Assembly: GCA_040954595.2 (NCBI GenBank)
Contig: CM082588.2
Location: 11,607,398-11,671,397, forward strand
Reading direction: 5' to 3'
Source: Balanoglossus misakiensis
Taxonomy: Eukaryota > Animalia > Hemichordata
DNA: 64,000 nucleotides
The translations under genes and the position numbers were made by a program. Below the pieces are notes generated by a model. It was not told the DNA's origin. It did no database searches and saw nothing but the letters and a program-made list of their open reading frames with translations. This document shows, one piece after another, positions 63,801 to 64,000 of the stretch; the first letter of the stretch is position 1, and each line of letters begins with the position of its first letter.

Positions 63801-64000
63801 AGCTGATTTTTAGTCAAAACATTCTTTATTTTTTAATTCGGTGACCTGATCATATATAAACAATTGCTTGTATGTTAAAAGTTTTTATGACTTTTAAAAG
63901 CAGTGACACTGGCGGCATTCATCAAGAAAATAACAATTTTAGCCACAATTTGGTCAAAATGGTAATTTTTGGAAAGTTACAAAATATACCTGTTTTCTAC
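60857..64000 (-). repeat. Macrosatellite inverted units, running off the window end
   Basis: Reverse complement of the unit; partial ~270 bp duplication near 61553-62092. Confidence 0.93.

Larger units (their letters stand above)
10699..64000. repeat. Large imperfect inverted duplication (palindrome), spacer 37825-38482
   Basis: Mirror order satellite-Tx1-satellite-BEL B-satellite-BEL A on both sides of ~38150 with identical insertion junctions. Confidence 0.92.

Overview
Eukaryotic (most likely invertebrate metazoan) heterochromatin-like window with no recognisable host gene. The backbone is an array of a ~2.04 kb composite macrosatellite: an AT-rich domain of ~3 degenerate ~336 bp repeats, a poly-C tract, and ~11 copies of an 81 bp repeat alternating as a 162 bp dimer. 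Inserted in it are three elements. (i) A 10.7 kb BEL/Pao LTR retrotransposon (8-10698, minus strand, TSD ACCAG) with a deleted integrase core; its gag is split by a 4.25 kb TIR element that itself carries an L2-type LINE fragment and a TTAA-flanked hairpin MITE. (ii) A full-length Tx1-clade L1 element with a 13 bp TSD. (iii) The 3' end of a second BEL family. From ~10.7 kb to the window end the region is a large imperfect palindrome, with a fold-back junction at 37823-37824 inside a duplicated BEL copy and a 658 bp spacer. The most notable observation is that the BEL element has no TGG-type tRNA primer-binding site. Instead, the 11 nt abutting its 5' LTR are exactly complementary to an 11-mer at a plausible transcription start inside the LTR, the architecture of Tf1-type self-primed reverse transcription. 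All coordinates and comparisons were made by eye, so exact boundaries and divergence estimates are approximate.
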